From an uncultured bacterium (GTDB lineage: Bacteria > Oederibacteriota > Oederibacteriia > Oederibacteriales > Oederibacteriaceae), in NCBI GenBank assembly GCA_965112635.1, contig OZ218778.1, positions 1,024,001-1,088,000 of the forward strand: DNA of 64,000 nt. Reading direction: 5' to 3'. The notes beneath the pieces are model-generated. The model saw only the letters and a program-made list of their open reading frames with translations, made no database searches and had not been told where the DNA came from. The translations under genes and the position numbers were made by a program. This document shows, one piece after another, positions 47,242 to 58,503 of the stretch (positions are counted from its first letter, which is position 1; every line of letters begins with the position of its first letter).

Positions 47242-48333
47242 TTAGCGGAAGTTAAAGATGAAACCGCCTCCTAGACGGACCACTTTTTGAGCAGTGACAG
47301 GGGAAACGCAGCCCAGGGAAAAGTAACGGTCGTTCAATGATTTGGCTATAGGATGCAAACCCTGGAGGCAATAGAGTTTTTCCAAAGGTAGCTTCAGGCG
47401 AACAGCCCTGGATAGGCCTTTCCTGAAAAAGACAGGAGCCTGGTCCAGGCGGTTCTGGGCCAGGGACAAATTAGCCAGCCCCAAGTCCACATAGACCAGT
47501 CCCCTATTGTCCTGAACAGATGAAAACAAGCGTTTCATACGGGCGATCGCCGTCCGGCTGGAAGAAAATTGGGCGCTACCCATATAAAGCATCGCCAAAG
47601 TAAAGTAGGTATAGCCCACGTTGACCCGGTCTCCCTGGGCAAGATAGCGCCGGATGGAAAGTTTGGTCCAGGCCAAAGCGTTTTTGGTCCGACCCAGAAT
47701 CCTGAAAGCGTTGCCGATACCGCAGCTGGAATAAGCCAGCCCGAAGGGGTTTTTGAGTTTGTTGAATAAACGGCAGGCCTGCTGGTAGCAAAGAAGGGAA
47801 GAGCGGGCATCACCCCGGACGCGGTTTATTCCTCCCAAGCCGCACAGGCCGTAAGCCACCCCTTCCTCGTATCCCAGCCGTTTGGCCAAACCCAGGGCAT
47901 GCCTGAAAAATTTAGCAGAGTGATCCAGCCGGCCGCACAGGCGCAGGGTGCCGGCCAAAAACCAGAGGCTGTGGAACAACCCAAAGCGGTCGTGCTGACG
48001 GCCATACTGGACCACGGACCTTTCCAAAAGGCGGCAGGCCTCCTCATATTTTTCCTGGCCGCGCAGGCTCATGGCCAGACCCACCTGAGCGTCCAGGACC
48101 GACGCCTTGTCTTTGTGGACGCGGCTGAGTTGGAGGGCTTGACGGTAATATCGGCCGGCTTCCTTAAACCGGGCCAGCATGCGCAAGCCATGGCCAAGAC
48201 CCAGCAGGGCCCGCAGACGCTGGGCAGGACTAGCCGGCCGGGCCAGTACCTTTTTATAAACACGGCAGGCAGCCGCATAGTGGACTTGGTCCAAGTTTTC
48301 GCCTGCCTGCTCCAGCAATTTTACGGGTTTCAC
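47242..48333 (-). CDS. Tetratricopeptide repeat protein (long ~40-aa repeats)
   Basis: Repeated AYxxCGLG/GxxLR helical units. Confidence 0.75.
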   Translation of the reverse strand: MKPVKLLEQAGENLDQVHYAAACRVYKKVLARPASPAQRLRALLGLGHGLRMLARFKEAGRYYRQALQLSRVHKDKASVLDAQVGLAMSLRGQEKYEEACRLLERSVVQYGRQHDRFGLFHSLWFLAGTLRLCGRLDHSAKFFRHALGLAKRLGYEEGVAYGLCGLGGINRVRGDARSSLLCYQQACRLFNKLKNPFGLAYSSCGIGNAFRILGRTKNALAWTKLSIRRYLAQGDRVNVGYTYFTLAMLYMGSAQFSSSRTAIARMKRLFSSVQDNRGLVYVDLGLANLSLAQNRLDQAPVFFRKGLSRAVRLKLPLEKLYCLQGLHPIAKSLNDRYFSLGCVSPVTAQKVVRLGGGFIFNFR

Positions 48334-48510
48334 ACTTTAACCTTTCCACCCAAATTTAGAGTCCAGCATAGCATACTATCCGTTATAGCTTTCATGGGTT
48401 TGGCACAAAAAGGGCTGTGGTATAAAGGAAACTAGCCAGCCCCCCTTGATTGCTTGACACCTGGAAATGTTCTATAATACCGCCTTAATTATCTTAGGAA
48501 AGGCAATCCC

Positions 48511-48582
48511 ATGCTTGTAAATTCCTACTATTTTTCCAACAACGGCTACCACAGGGAACCCCCGCCCGGTTATTTTCTGTGA
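48511..48582 (+). CDS. Putative 23-aa leader peptide MLVNSYYFSNNGYHREPPPGYFL
   Basis: AGGAAAGG RBS; lies between a TTGCTT-N17-TATAAT promoter (48450-48478) and the DUF5107-like gene. Confidence 0.35.
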   Translation: MLVNSYYFSNNGYHREPPPGYFL

Positions 48583-48648
48583 GCCTTACCAGACCCAGTT
48601 TTTCCTCGGTAACAGTTTAAATCGGCAATAAAAAAAGGGAGTCAGTAA

Positions 48649-51600
48649 ATGAATACATCCAAAGTCAAGGAAACAGGTGTCAAGCTCTATAACAAAAAAA
48701 TAGTCCTGCCTACTTACCGCATCGGCAAGCCGGACCGCAACCCGGTCTTTTCCATGGGCATGATGTATAACCTTATATATCCTTTCACGCTCCAGGATAA
48801 GCTGACGGACCATAAGCACAACAAAGCCTACAACTTTGTCATCCTGGAGAACGAATACATCAAAGTGTTCATTTTGCCGGAGCTAGGAGGACGCATCCAT
48901 GGCGCCCGGGACAAAACCAACGGGTATGACTTCCTCTACTACCAGCATCAGGTCAAACCAGGCTTGGTCTCTTTTACCGGCGCCTGGTTGTCCGGGGGCA
49001 TTGAATGGAATTTTCCCATCGGCCATAGGGCCAGCGGTTTCAGGCCCATCGACAGCTGGACCCAGGAAAACCCGGACGGGAGCAAGACCGTGTGGGTCGG
49101 CGAGACCGACTTGGTAAGCCGCATGCGCTGGATCGTGGGGACCACGGTGTTCCCAGGCAAGACCACCATTGAAACCACCGGCAGGCTGATCAACACGACA
49201 AGCCACCTGGGTTCCTTCTGGTGGTGGGCTACGGCAGCGGTCCACGCCACTCCGGAATACCAGATCGTCATGCCGGGCGAGATCGTCAGCGGGCATGACA
49301 AGCAGAATTTCCAGTATTTCCCCGTACACAAAGGGGTAGATTGCAGCTATTGGAAGAACCTGCCCTACGCCAACTCCTTTTTCGCGTGGGATGGCCGCCA
49401 TAAGGATTTTTACGGCGGTTACAGCCATGATAAAAAAGGCGGGTTCATGCACTGGGCGGACCACCATTATGTCCCAGGCAAGAAGCTGTGGACCTGGGGC
49501 ACCGCGCCCAGCGGCAGGCTGTGGGACAGGATCTTGACGGACATCGACGGGCCTTATTTTGAACCGCAAGCCGGAGGGTTTTCCGACAACCAGCCTGATT
49601 TCCATTGGCTGGAACCCGGCGAGGTCAAGACCCTCACCCATTACTGGTTCCCCATCCGGGATATCCAGGGAGCCAAGAACGCCAACCTGGACGCCGTACT
49701 CAACCTGGAAGTCAAGGAAAGCGGGGACGTTCTGGTGGGATTGAACACGACCAAGCTGTGCCGGAGCCACCGGGTCGTTCTCAAGCAAAAAGGAGTGATC
49801 CTGCTGGACGAAGAAGTGGAGATCAGCCCGGCCAAGCCTTATGTGCGGGAACTCAAGGTCCAAAAAGGTAGCAAAGCCTGGGATTTCAGGCTGGCCCTGC
49901 TGGACCAAAAGAAACGGGAGGTCATTGCCTACCAACCCGAGGCGCCGCATCCCCAGCCAGCCTTGCCCACCGGCACCCCGGCGCTCCAGCCGCCCGAAAA
50001 GGTGGCCTCCGTGGACGAGCTGGTGACCGTGGGCCTCAATCTGGAAAAATTCAAAGAGATGCAGCGCGCCATGCCCTATTACCAAGAGGTGTTAAAACGC
50101 GACCCCAAGGACGTGCGGACCAACGTCGCCCTGGGACGCAGGAAGTACTGGGAGCTCTGCTACAAGGAAATGGAGCAGTATATGCGCACGGCCCTGGAAA
50201 GGGACCGCGCCTGCGGGGACGCCTATTTCGGGCTGGGGTTGGCTTTGGAAGCCCAGGGCAAAACCTTAGAAGCCCTGGACCAGTTCTACCGCGCCACCTA
50301 TGAACTCAAAGTGTCAGGGGCTTCTTTCCAAAAGGTCGCCGAACTGGAGACCAAACTGGGCAATTTTTCCAAGGCCCTTATGATGGCCAAGGAGGCTGTG
50401 CTCCGCAACGGCCGCAACACCCGGGCCTATATCCTGCAGGCGGCCCTGCTGCGGCGCCAGGGCAAGATGCGGGAAGCGCTCGAGGCGGGCCAGGCCAGTG
50501 CCAAGGTCGACCCCCTGGATATGCTGGCACCGTTCATGATGGATTACACTTATACCACCATGGGAGACATCCCCAATGCCAAGATCATGTGGCAGCGGCT
50601 GCAGGACGTTTCCCGCAACGACCCCTTCAACTTTTTGGAGGCGGCCGTATTTTTCATTGAGGCCGGTCTGTATGAAGAAGCCGAGATCCTCTTGAAAGAC
50701 CATCTGACCCTGCTCAAAAAATCAGAGGCCTACGCGCTTATCCACTATTACATGGCCTATGTCCAGCATCGTCTGGGCCGCGAAGAAGAGGCCAAGCAGT
50801 GGCTCAGCCGGGGTAAAAAGGCCAGCCCGGAATACGTTTTTCCCAACCGTCTGATGGACGGCGAAGTGCTGCAGTATGCCCTGAGCGTGGACGCCCAGGA
50901 CGGGTCAGCCAACTATTATTTGGGCAACCTGTTCTTTGCCCACACCCAACAGGCACGGGCCATTAAATGCTGGGAAAAAGCCGCCAAAAAGCTGCGCACT
51001 TTCCCGGTGGTCCACCGCAATCTGGGCGCTGCCTACCGCTCAGCCAAAAAGTACCAAAAAGCCAAACAATGCTACGAGCAGGCCATCCGCTGTGACAGCC
51101 AGGACCCCCGTTTCCACCAGGAATTGGACATGGTCATGGAAGAGAGCAAGGCGCCGCGGCTAGCCAGGCTCAAACATCTGGCCAAATACAAAAAGGTCCT
51201 CAATACCTGGGACCCGGCCCTGAGCCGTTACGTGAAACTGTGCTTTGAATGCGGGGAGATGGACGAAGCGATCTATTACCTGAAATCGCACCATTTCCAC
51301 AGCTGGGAAGGCCAGTACTGGATCTACGATATTTATTATGAGTCCCTGCGCGAACGCGCCGTGGTCTACCAGAAAAAGAACAAATTGTCGCTGGCCCTGG
51401 CGGACCTGGAGGCCGCTGTCCTCTATCCGGAAAACCTGGAAGTGGCGCCGGCGTTAAAAGACACCCATGCCCACATCACCTTCCAGATGGGAGAGGTCTA
51501 TCAGGCCATGGCTAACCAGGCCAAAGCCAAGGAGTGCTTCGAAAAGATAGTCAAGGAAGACCACCCGGACGAATCAGCCGGGGTGTATTTCCAGGCCAAA

Positions 51601-51909
51601 GCCTTGGATGCCCTGGGCAAGCCTAAGCAAGCCAGGATCAAATACCTGTCCCTTATCCGTTGGGGCACAGCCAGGGCGAAAAAAGAAGAGAAACTTTTGC
51701 GGTATTTGGGACAACGCAATCCCTTTTTGATCAATTTTCCCAGCCACCCGGCCATGGGGTTGTACCAGCAGTATCTGGGATGGAGCGGGTTGGGCCAGAA
51801 CGGGAAGGCCCAACAGGCGCTCAAAAAGGCCCTGAAGAGGGAGCCCGAAGTAGCCCGGGCCGCGGTCTGGGAAATGCGTTTTCTGTATGTCCGCAGGAAA
51901 TGGTTTTAA
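48649..51909 (+). CDS. DUF5107-like domain protein with C-terminal TPRs
   Basis: LENEYIKVFILPELGGRI; SGGIEWNFP; GKKLWTWG; many TPRs; FHSWEG. Confidence 0.85.
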   Translation: MNTSKVKETGVKLYNKKIVLPTYRIGKPDRNPVFSMGMMYNLIYPFTLQDKLTDHKHNKAYNFVILENEYIKVFILPELGGRIHGARDKTNGYDFLYYQHQVKPGLVSFTGAWLSGGIEWNFPIGHRASGFRPIDSWTQENPDGSKTVWVGETDLVSRMRWIVGTTVFPGKTTIETTGRLINTTSHLGSFWWWATAAVHATPEYQIVMPGEIVSGHDKQNFQYFPVHKGVDCSYWKNLPYANSFFAWDGRHKDFYGGYSHDKKGGFMHWADHHYVPGKKLWTWGTAPSGRLWDRILTDIDGPYFEPQAGGFSDNQPDFHWLEPGEVKTLTHYWFPIRDIQGAKNANLDAVLNLEVKESGDVLVGLNTTKLCRSHRVVLKQKGVILLDEEVEISPAKPYVRELKVQKGSKAWDFRLALLDQKKREVIAYQPEAPHPQPALPTGTPALQPPEKVASVDELVTVGLNLEKFKEMQRAMPYYQEVLKRDPKDVRTNVALGRRKYWELCYKEMEQYMRTALERDRACGDAYFGLGLALEAQGKTLEALDQFYRATYELKVSGASFQKVAELETKLGNFSKALMMAKEAVLRNGRNTRAYILQAALLRRQGKMREALEAGQASAKVDPLDMLAPFMMDYTYTTMGDIPNAKIMWQRLQDVSRNDPFNFLEAAVFFIEAGLYEEAEILLKDHLTLLKKSEAYALIHYYMAYVQHRLGREEEAKQWLSRGKKASPEYVFPNRLMDGEVLQYALSVDAQDGSANYYLGNLFFAHTQQARAIKCWEKAAKKLRTFPVVHRNLGAAYRSAKKYQKAKQCYEQAIRCDSQDPRFHQELDMVMEESKAPRLARLKHLAKYKKVLNTWDPALSRYVKLCFECGEMDEAIYYLKSHHFHSWEGQYWIYDIYYESLRERAVVYQKKNKLSLALADLEAAVLYPENLEVAPALKDTHAHITFQMGEVYQAMANQAKAKECFEKIVKEDHPDESAGVYFQAKALDALGKPKQARIKYLSLIRWGTARAKKEEKLLRYLGQRNPFLINFPSHPAMGLYQQYLGWSGLGQNGKAQQALKKALKREPEVARAAVWEMRFLYVRRKWF

Positions 51910-52049
51910 ACTTCCCTGCGCCGAGAGCGCAGGGTATTAAAGAGGAAGTTTTTATTTTGTTTGATACTCCCTCCGCTCGCCTTTAGCTCGCTACGGGCTG
52001 CCATTCATCCTTGCGGCGAGACCGAAGGGAATTTTGGCAGGAGTATTAA
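51908..52049. mobile_element. Short palindromic MITE/REP-like element (IS200/IS605-end-like)
   Basis: Hairpins CCCTGCGCCGAGAGCGCAGGG and TTCAT-CCTTGCGGCGAGACCGAAGGG; the latter sits inside an outer GATACTCC...GGAGTATT stem. Confidence 0.45.
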
Positions 52050-52064
52050 GAAGACGGGGAAAAA

Positions 52065-53021
52065 TTGAAAAGAGCCAAAGAAGCCCCACATCTATTGACC
52101 GTACTGGACCCCACGGGACACCGGCTGTCCGTGTCTTCACACGGAGGGCAGATGGTGAGCTGGGCCGTGCCCCATAAGGGACGGCTTTTAGAGTTGCTGC
52201 ATCACCAGCCCCAGTTCACGGAAGAGGATATCCAGCTGGACGAGCGCGGAGGGAGCCTGGTGCTTTTCCCTTTTGCCGGCAGCCAGATAGTCGGGTCAGA
52301 GCAGGATCGCTTCAAGGTCCAGGGCAAGGTCTATAAGATAGAAAAACACGGGTTTGCCCTAACCAGCGAATGGAAGCTTTCCCTAGGGCCCAAGTCCTCC
52401 CCGCCCAGGGTCACCGCGGAACTCCAGACCACCTCGGAAACTTTGCGCAAGTATCCTTTCCGGTTCAAAGTCCGGCTGACCTATATCTTGGGAAAAAAGC
52501 AGGTCAAGGTCCTGCAGGAATTTGAAAACCATTCCAGCGACCCCATGCCCGTGTCCTTTGGGTTGCACCCGTATTTTAAAGTGCCCTTCGGCGAAAAGAG
52601 CAGGAGGGAGGACATGGTCTTAAAAGGCAAGCTCTTGTCCACCTCCACGGCCGGCGAACAAAAAGACTGGACGGGAAAGACCAGCGCGCCCAAACTGCCC
52701 AAACCCATCGTGAGCCAGGGGATGGAGGAAAATGATTTTTACACGCCCGGCCCCTGGGACTTTACCCTGTGGGACCGCAAAGAGCATGCGGGCGTAAGAC
52801 AGTTCCAGCCGAGAGCCGGCGGAGGCCTGCCGCACACGGTGCTGGTCTTGTGGTCCGGCATGACCAGGCCGAGCTCGTTCTATTGCGTGGAGCCGTGGTT
52901 CGGGCCGACCAACGCGGCCAACAACGGACAGGGACTGCAGTGGATACCGGGACGAAAAAAAAACAAGCCAGGATACGGGTTTTCGGTTATATTAATGGAG
53001 TTTTTGGAAGGCAGAGCGTAG
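52065..53021 (+). CDS. Aldose 1-epimerase (galactose mutarotase-like) family protein
   Basis: RGGSLVLFPF; KHGFA; YPFRF; FGLHPYF; YCVEPW. Confidence 0.85.
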   Translation: MKRAKEAPHLLTVLDPTGHRLSVSSHGGQMVSWAVPHKGRLLELLHHQPQFTEEDIQLDERGGSLVLFPFAGSQIVGSEQDRFKVQGKVYKIEKHGFALTSEWKLSLGPKSSPPRVTAELQTTSETLRKYPFRFKVRLTYILGKKQVKVLQEFENHSSDPMPVSFGLHPYFKVPFGEKSRREDMVLKGKLLSTSTAGEQKDWTGKTSAPKLPKPIVSQGMEENDFYTPGPWDFTLWDRKEHAGVRQFQPRAGGGLPHTVLVLWSGMTRPSSFYCVEPWFGPTNAANNGQGLQWIPGRKKNKPGYGFSVILMEFLEGRA

Positions 53022-53038
53022 TAAGCAAGAACTTATAA

Positions 53039-54340
<1,302 letters not shown>

Positions 54341-54373
54341 TCGGGAAAAACCTAGATATTTGGGGAGGCCAAT

Positions 54374-54994
54374 ATGGCGGCAAAAACAGGACAATTAGTG
54401 CTCATCAGACACGGGGAATCCCAGTGGAACCTGGAGAACCGTTTCACGGGCTGGGTCGATATTGACCTGAGCGAAAAGGGCGTTGCAGAGGCCCAGAGCG
54501 CCGGGGAAAAGCTCAAAGGCTACAAGTTCGACAAGGCCTACACCTCGGCCCTCAAAAGGGCCCAGCGCACCCTGGACATCATCCTCAAGATCACCGGGCA
54601 GGCCAACATCCCGGTGGTCAAGGACCAGGCCCTCAACGAGCGCCACTACGGCGACCTGCAGGGGCTCAACAAGGCCGAGACCGCGCAAAAATACGGCGAT
54701 GCCCAGGTGAAACTGTGGAGGCGCAGCTACGACGTGCAGCCGCCCAACGGTGAAAGCCTTAAAGACACGGCGGCCCGCACCCTGCCGTATTATGAAAAAT
54801 ACATCGTGCCGGACCTCCAGAAAGGTCTCAATCTCATTGTGTCCGCGCACGGCAACAGCCTGCGCTCGATCGTCATGTTCCTGGACAAGCTCACCAAAGA
54901 ACAGGTCGTGGAACTCAACCTGGCGACCGGACTGCCGATCGTTTACGATTTCAACGATAAAATGGAAGTGGTCTCCAAGAAAGAATTGAAGTGA
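54374..54994 (+). CDS. gpmA: 2,3-BPG-dependent phosphoglycerate mutase
   Basis: RHGESQWNLENRFTGWVD; LNERHYGDLQG; WRRSYD; AHGNSLR. Confidence 0.96.
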   Translation: MAAKTGQLVLIRHGESQWNLENRFTGWVDIDLSEKGVAEAQSAGEKLKGYKFDKAYTSALKRAQRTLDIILKITGQANIPVVKDQALNERHYGDLQGLNKAETAQKYGDAQVKLWRRSYDVQPPNGESLKDTAARTLPYYEKYIVPDLQKGLNLIVSAHGNSLRSIVMFLDKLTKEQVVELNLATGLPIVYDFNDKMEVVSKKELK

Positions 54995-56067
54995 CCCCTG
55001 CCCGGCAAGAAGCCCTGATCACCGGCCCCCGGGAGCCGCTCTTTGACCGCATCCTAGGCCAGAACGAAGCCAAGGACCTTTTGACCAGGGCGCTTCTCAA
55101 CCAGCGCTTGGCCAACACCTACATCTTTTACGGGCCCCAGGGCGTGGGCCGGCGGTTCACGGCCAGGCTGTTCGCCTGCGCCCTCAACTGCGAGGTAGAG
55201 CCCAACCGGGGCTGCGGAGTATGCCCCAGCTGCCACAAGGTCCTGACCGACCAGCACCCGGACGTGACCTTTTTTTACCCGGAAGTCCAGGACATCAAGA
55301 TCGAGACCGTCCGTGAGATCCAGCGGCTGATGAGCATGAAACTTTACGAGGGTCGCTGGAGGGTTTTCGTCCTGGACCAGGCCGAACACCTCAACCCGGC
55401 CTCGGCCAACTGCCTGCTCAAGACCCTGGAAGAACCGCCGGAGCGGTCGTCCCTGATCCTCATCTGCGAAAATCCCCACGGGCTTTTGCCAACCATCCTT
55501 TCCCGTTCCCAGATGGTGGCTTTTCACCATATCCCGGCGCTCCTCATGCAAAAATACCTGGAAGGCCAGGGCAAGACAAAAGAAGAGGCGATTGAGCTGA
55601 GCCAGCTCTGCCTGGGCAGGATGGACAGGCTGGAGACCCTGATGGACCCCAAGAAACAGAAAAAGATCGATGATATGATAAAGCTGGCCCAGGAACTTCC
55701 AGGATTGAACCTGGCAAAGATCGTGGAAACCGGCGAAAAATACGCCCAGGCGGCCAAGCGTTCCGACAATGCCAAGGAGTTCGTGATCGGGATATTGGAA
55801 GAGCTCATGCTGTGGTATAGGGACCTTATCTGGCAAAAAACCGGCTCAGACAAACAGGGCCTGTTTTTCCCCAGGCATGAAAGGGAGCTGGCCAACCAGG
55901 CCAAAACCATTTCGCTCCCTGACCTCCAGGCGAGGCTGGAATGGCTGCTGGAGGCCTGTTTCCTGGTGAGGCGCAACTTGTACCAGGAGCTGGTCCTGGT
56001 CTCCACCTTTATCAAGCTGGCGGGCCTGGCCCCGGCCCAGCAGGGCAGCACAGAAAGGATGGATTGA
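54991..56067 (+). CDS. holB: DNA polymerase III subunit delta'
   Basis: GPQGVGR; CGVCPSC; HPD; ANCLLKTLEEPP; LLPTILSR. Confidence 0.92.
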   Translation: MTPARQEALITGPREPLFDRILGQNEAKDLLTRALLNQRLANTYIFYGPQGVGRRFTARLFACALNCEVEPNRGCGVCPSCHKVLTDQHPDVTFFYPEVQDIKIETVREIQRLMSMKLYEGRWRVFVLDQAEHLNPASANCLLKTLEEPPERSSLILICENPHGLLPTILSRSQMVAFHHIPALLMQKYLEGQGKTKEEAIELSQLCLGRMDRLETLMDPKKQKKIDDMIKLAQELPGLNLAKIVETGEKYAQAAKRSDNAKEFVIGILEELMLWYRDLIWQKTGSDKQGLFFPRHERELANQAKTISLPDLQARLEWLLEACFLVRRNLYQELVLVSTFIKLAGLAPAQQGSTERMD

Positions 56068-57608
56068 GCTTGGACAAAGTTTTTTACATCACCACCCCCA
56101 TCTATTACGTCAACGACAACCTGCACCTGGGGCACGCTTACACCACCCTGGGCTGTGACGCCATCAGCCGGTGGGAGCGTCTCTTAGGCCGGGAGGTCTT
56201 TTTCCTGACCGGCACGGACGAACACGGCCAAAAGATCGAGGATGTGGCCAAGGCCAAAGGCACTACCGCCAAGGCCTGGGCGGATGGTATCGTGGAGAAC
56301 AGTAAGGCCCTTTGGAAAGAGCTGGGGGTCACCTATGACCGCTTTATCCGTACCACCGATATAGACCACGAAAAAGTCGTGCAGGAGTTCTTTAAAAAAC
56401 TGTATGAAAAAGGCGATATTTACAAAGGCGAATACGAAGGCTGGTATTGCGTTTCCGACGAGAGCTTTTTCACCGAGACCCAGCTCAACGAGGGCAAATG
56501 CCCGGACTGCGGCAGGGAAGTGAGCAAGCTCAAAGAGGAGAGCTACTTTTTCAAACTGTCCAAATACGCGCCGGCTCTCCTCAAGTATTATGATGAAAAT
56601 CCGGATTTTATCCAACCTGTTTCCCGACGAAGCGAGATGGTCAACATCGTCAAGGACGACCTTAAAGACCTCTCGGTTAGCAGGGTGGGGGTCAAGTGGG
56701 GCATACCGGTCCCTTTTGACGACAAGCACACCATTTATGTCTGGTTCGACGCCCTGCTCAACTACCTGACCGCCGCGGGGTACTATTTTGACCAGAAAAA
56801 ATTCGAGCGGGTCTGGCCTGCGGATATCCACATGGTGGGCAAGGAGATCCTCAAGTTCCACAGCGTCATCTGGCCGGCCATGCTCATGGCCCTCGAGGTC
56901 AGGCTGCCCAAAAAAGTTTTCGCCCACGGCTGGTGGACCGTGGAAGGCGACAAAATGTCCAAGTCCAAAGGCAATATCATCGACCCCAGGGTTTTTGCCC
57001 AGCAATTCGGGGTGGAACCTCTGAGGTATTTTGTATTGCGCGAAGTTCCCTTTGGGCTGGACGGGGATTTTTCCCAAAGATCCTTTACCCTGCGCTACAA
57101 CGGCGACCTGGCCAATGACCTGGGCAATCTGCTGAACCGCACCCTGACCATGGTGGAAAAGAGTTATGAGGGTGTGGTGCCGACGGAGTTCCAGTCCGAT
57201 ATGAGCAATCCTATGAAAGAGATCAATGCTGACCTGTTCTCAAGGGTCCAAAAAGCCATGGACCGGGTGGCCTTAGACCAGGCTCTGGAAGAAATTTTCA
57301 AGTTGGTCGGCCGGGCCAATAAATACATCGAGGAATCAGCGCCTTGGACCTTGCTCAAGCAGTCAAAGAACGAGGATCATAAAGCCGTGATGTATAATCT
57401 CTGTGAAACTCTGCGCTTGACCGCGGTTTACCTCAAACCCTTTATCCCGGCTACGGCCCTGTCCATCTGGAAGCAGCTGGGGCTTACCCAGGATTTTGAC
57501 CAGGTCAGGCTGCCTGAGTCCGGCCAATGGGGTCTGTTCCCCAAGGGGATAAAAGTGCAAAAAGGCCAGCCGCTTTTTCCCAGGATGGAATCGCCCCGTA
57601 AAACCTGA
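56064..57608 (+). CDS. metG: Methionine--tRNA ligase (short form; TTG start at 56064 or 56070)
   Basis: FYITTPIYYVN; HLGH; GTDEHG; YVWFDAL; KMSKS. Confidence 0.96.
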   Translation: MSLDKVFYITTPIYYVNDNLHLGHAYTTLGCDAISRWERLLGREVFFLTGTDEHGQKIEDVAKAKGTTAKAWADGIVENSKALWKELGVTYDRFIRTTDIDHEKVVQEFFKKLYEKGDIYKGEYEGWYCVSDESFFTETQLNEGKCPDCGREVSKLKEESYFFKLSKYAPALLKYYDENPDFIQPVSRRSEMVNIVKDDLKDLSVSRVGVKWGIPVPFDDKHTIYVWFDALLNYLTAAGYYFDQKKFERVWPADIHMVGKEILKFHSVIWPAMLMALEVRLPKKVFAHGWWTVEGDKMSKSKGNIIDPRVFAQQFGVEPLRYFVLREVPFGLDGDFSQRSFTLRYNGDLANDLGNLLNRTLTMVEKSYEGVVPTEFQSDMSNPMKEINADLFSRVQKAMDRVALDQALEEIFKLVGRANKYIEESAPWTLLKQSKNEDHKAVMYNLCETLRLTAVYLKPFIPATALSIWKQLGLTQDFDQVRLPESGQWGLFPKGIKVQKGQPLFPRMESPRKT

Positions 57609-57614
57609 CTCCGT

Positions 57615-57642
57615 CTTATCGGAACAGCGTTTTGAAGACCAC
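57615..57642 (-). repeat. Inverted partial copy of the end of the 33405-33631 element
   Basis: CTTATCGGAACAGCGTTTTGAAGACCAC matches the reverse complement of 33604-33631 at 27/28 nt. Confidence 0.8.
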
Positions 57643-57648
57643 TTCGAT

Positions 57649-57677
57649 TTGACAGGCATACAAACCTTGTATATACT
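57649..57677 (+). promoter_or_regulatory. TA operon promoter with palindromic operator
   Basis: TTGACA-N17-TATACT; ATACAA-ACC-TTGTAT palindrome in the spacer. Confidence 0.7.
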
Positions 57678-57716
57678 AGAAATGAGACAATATCCCATCC
57701 TTAAAAGGAGAGCGAG

Positions 57717-57953
57717 ATGAAATCATCCATTATCAATTTATCCCTGCCCAGTGAACTTTTGACCAAAGTTGACAGGCAGGCCGAGCAGGAGGATCGCAAC
57801 AGGTCCGAATTGCTCCGGGAGGCCGTCCGGATCTATCTGGAAAGGAAGTCAAGATGGGAAAGTATCTTTTCCTACGGCGACAAGCAGTCCAGGAAGAAAG
57901 GTCTGCGGCTGGAAGATGTCCCCAAGGCGGTGAGCGAGGCGCGGCGCTCTTGA
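57717..57953 (+). CDS. Ribbon-helix-helix (CopG) antitoxin
   Basis: INLSLPSELLTKVDRQAEQEDRNRSELLREAV. Confidence 0.88.
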   Translation: MKSSIINLSLPSELLTKVDRQAEQEDRNRSELLREAVRIYLERKSRWESIFSYGDKQSRKKGLRLEDVPKAVSEARRS

Positions 57954-58360
57954 GACGGGTAGTTTTTGACACCAACGTCTGGATTTCCGGCATATCCTTC
58001 GAGGGAGAAGTGAGGCGGCTCCTGCGTTTTGCCCTGGAAGGCAGGGTAACCGTGGTGGTTTCACTTCCCCTTCTTCAGGAGCTGGACAGGGTCCTAACCG
58101 GAAAGAAATTCGGCTATGTTCCGTCGTCCGCGGCAACCATTCTTTACGAGATACAATCCTTCGCCATTCTGGTCTATCCCGAAAAGAAAATAGACGTAAT
58201 CAAGGAAGACCCGGCCGATAACCGGGTGCTGGAATGCGCCAGAGAGGGCAGGGCGGACTTGATCGTTTCCGGGGACAATCACCTCCTCAAACTGAAAGAA
58301 TGGCAGGGTATCAGCATCCTTTCACCCAAACAATTCTTGGAAAAATTGCGAAAGGATTAG
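57950..58360 (+). CDS. PIN-domain (VapC-like) toxin
   Basis: RVVFDTNVWIS; EL; DPADNRVLECA; IVSGDNHLL; TTG overlaps the antitoxin stop. Confidence 0.9.
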   Translation: MRRVVFDTNVWISGISFEGEVRRLLRFALEGRVTVVVSLPLLQELDRVLTGKKFGYVPSSAATILYEIQSFAILVYPEKKIDVIKEDPADNRVLECAREGRADLIVSGDNHLLKLKEWQGISILSPKQFLEKLRKD

Positions 58361-58503
58361 AAATGGTATCCGCGGCCTGTTTTGACCTTGAACTTTAAAC
58401 TTCAATCGCCTTGGTAATCATGCGGTTCCTTTCCAAGGCGATTGTGTCAAAAAGCGTTTTGACGTGAACTTGGAACTTTGAACTGTCTTTTGAGGAGGTT
58501 CCT

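Noticed and set aside
55941-56063. metG N-terminal extension or T-box/SAM leader
   Set aside because: The region is holB coding sequence; metG is coupled directly to holB
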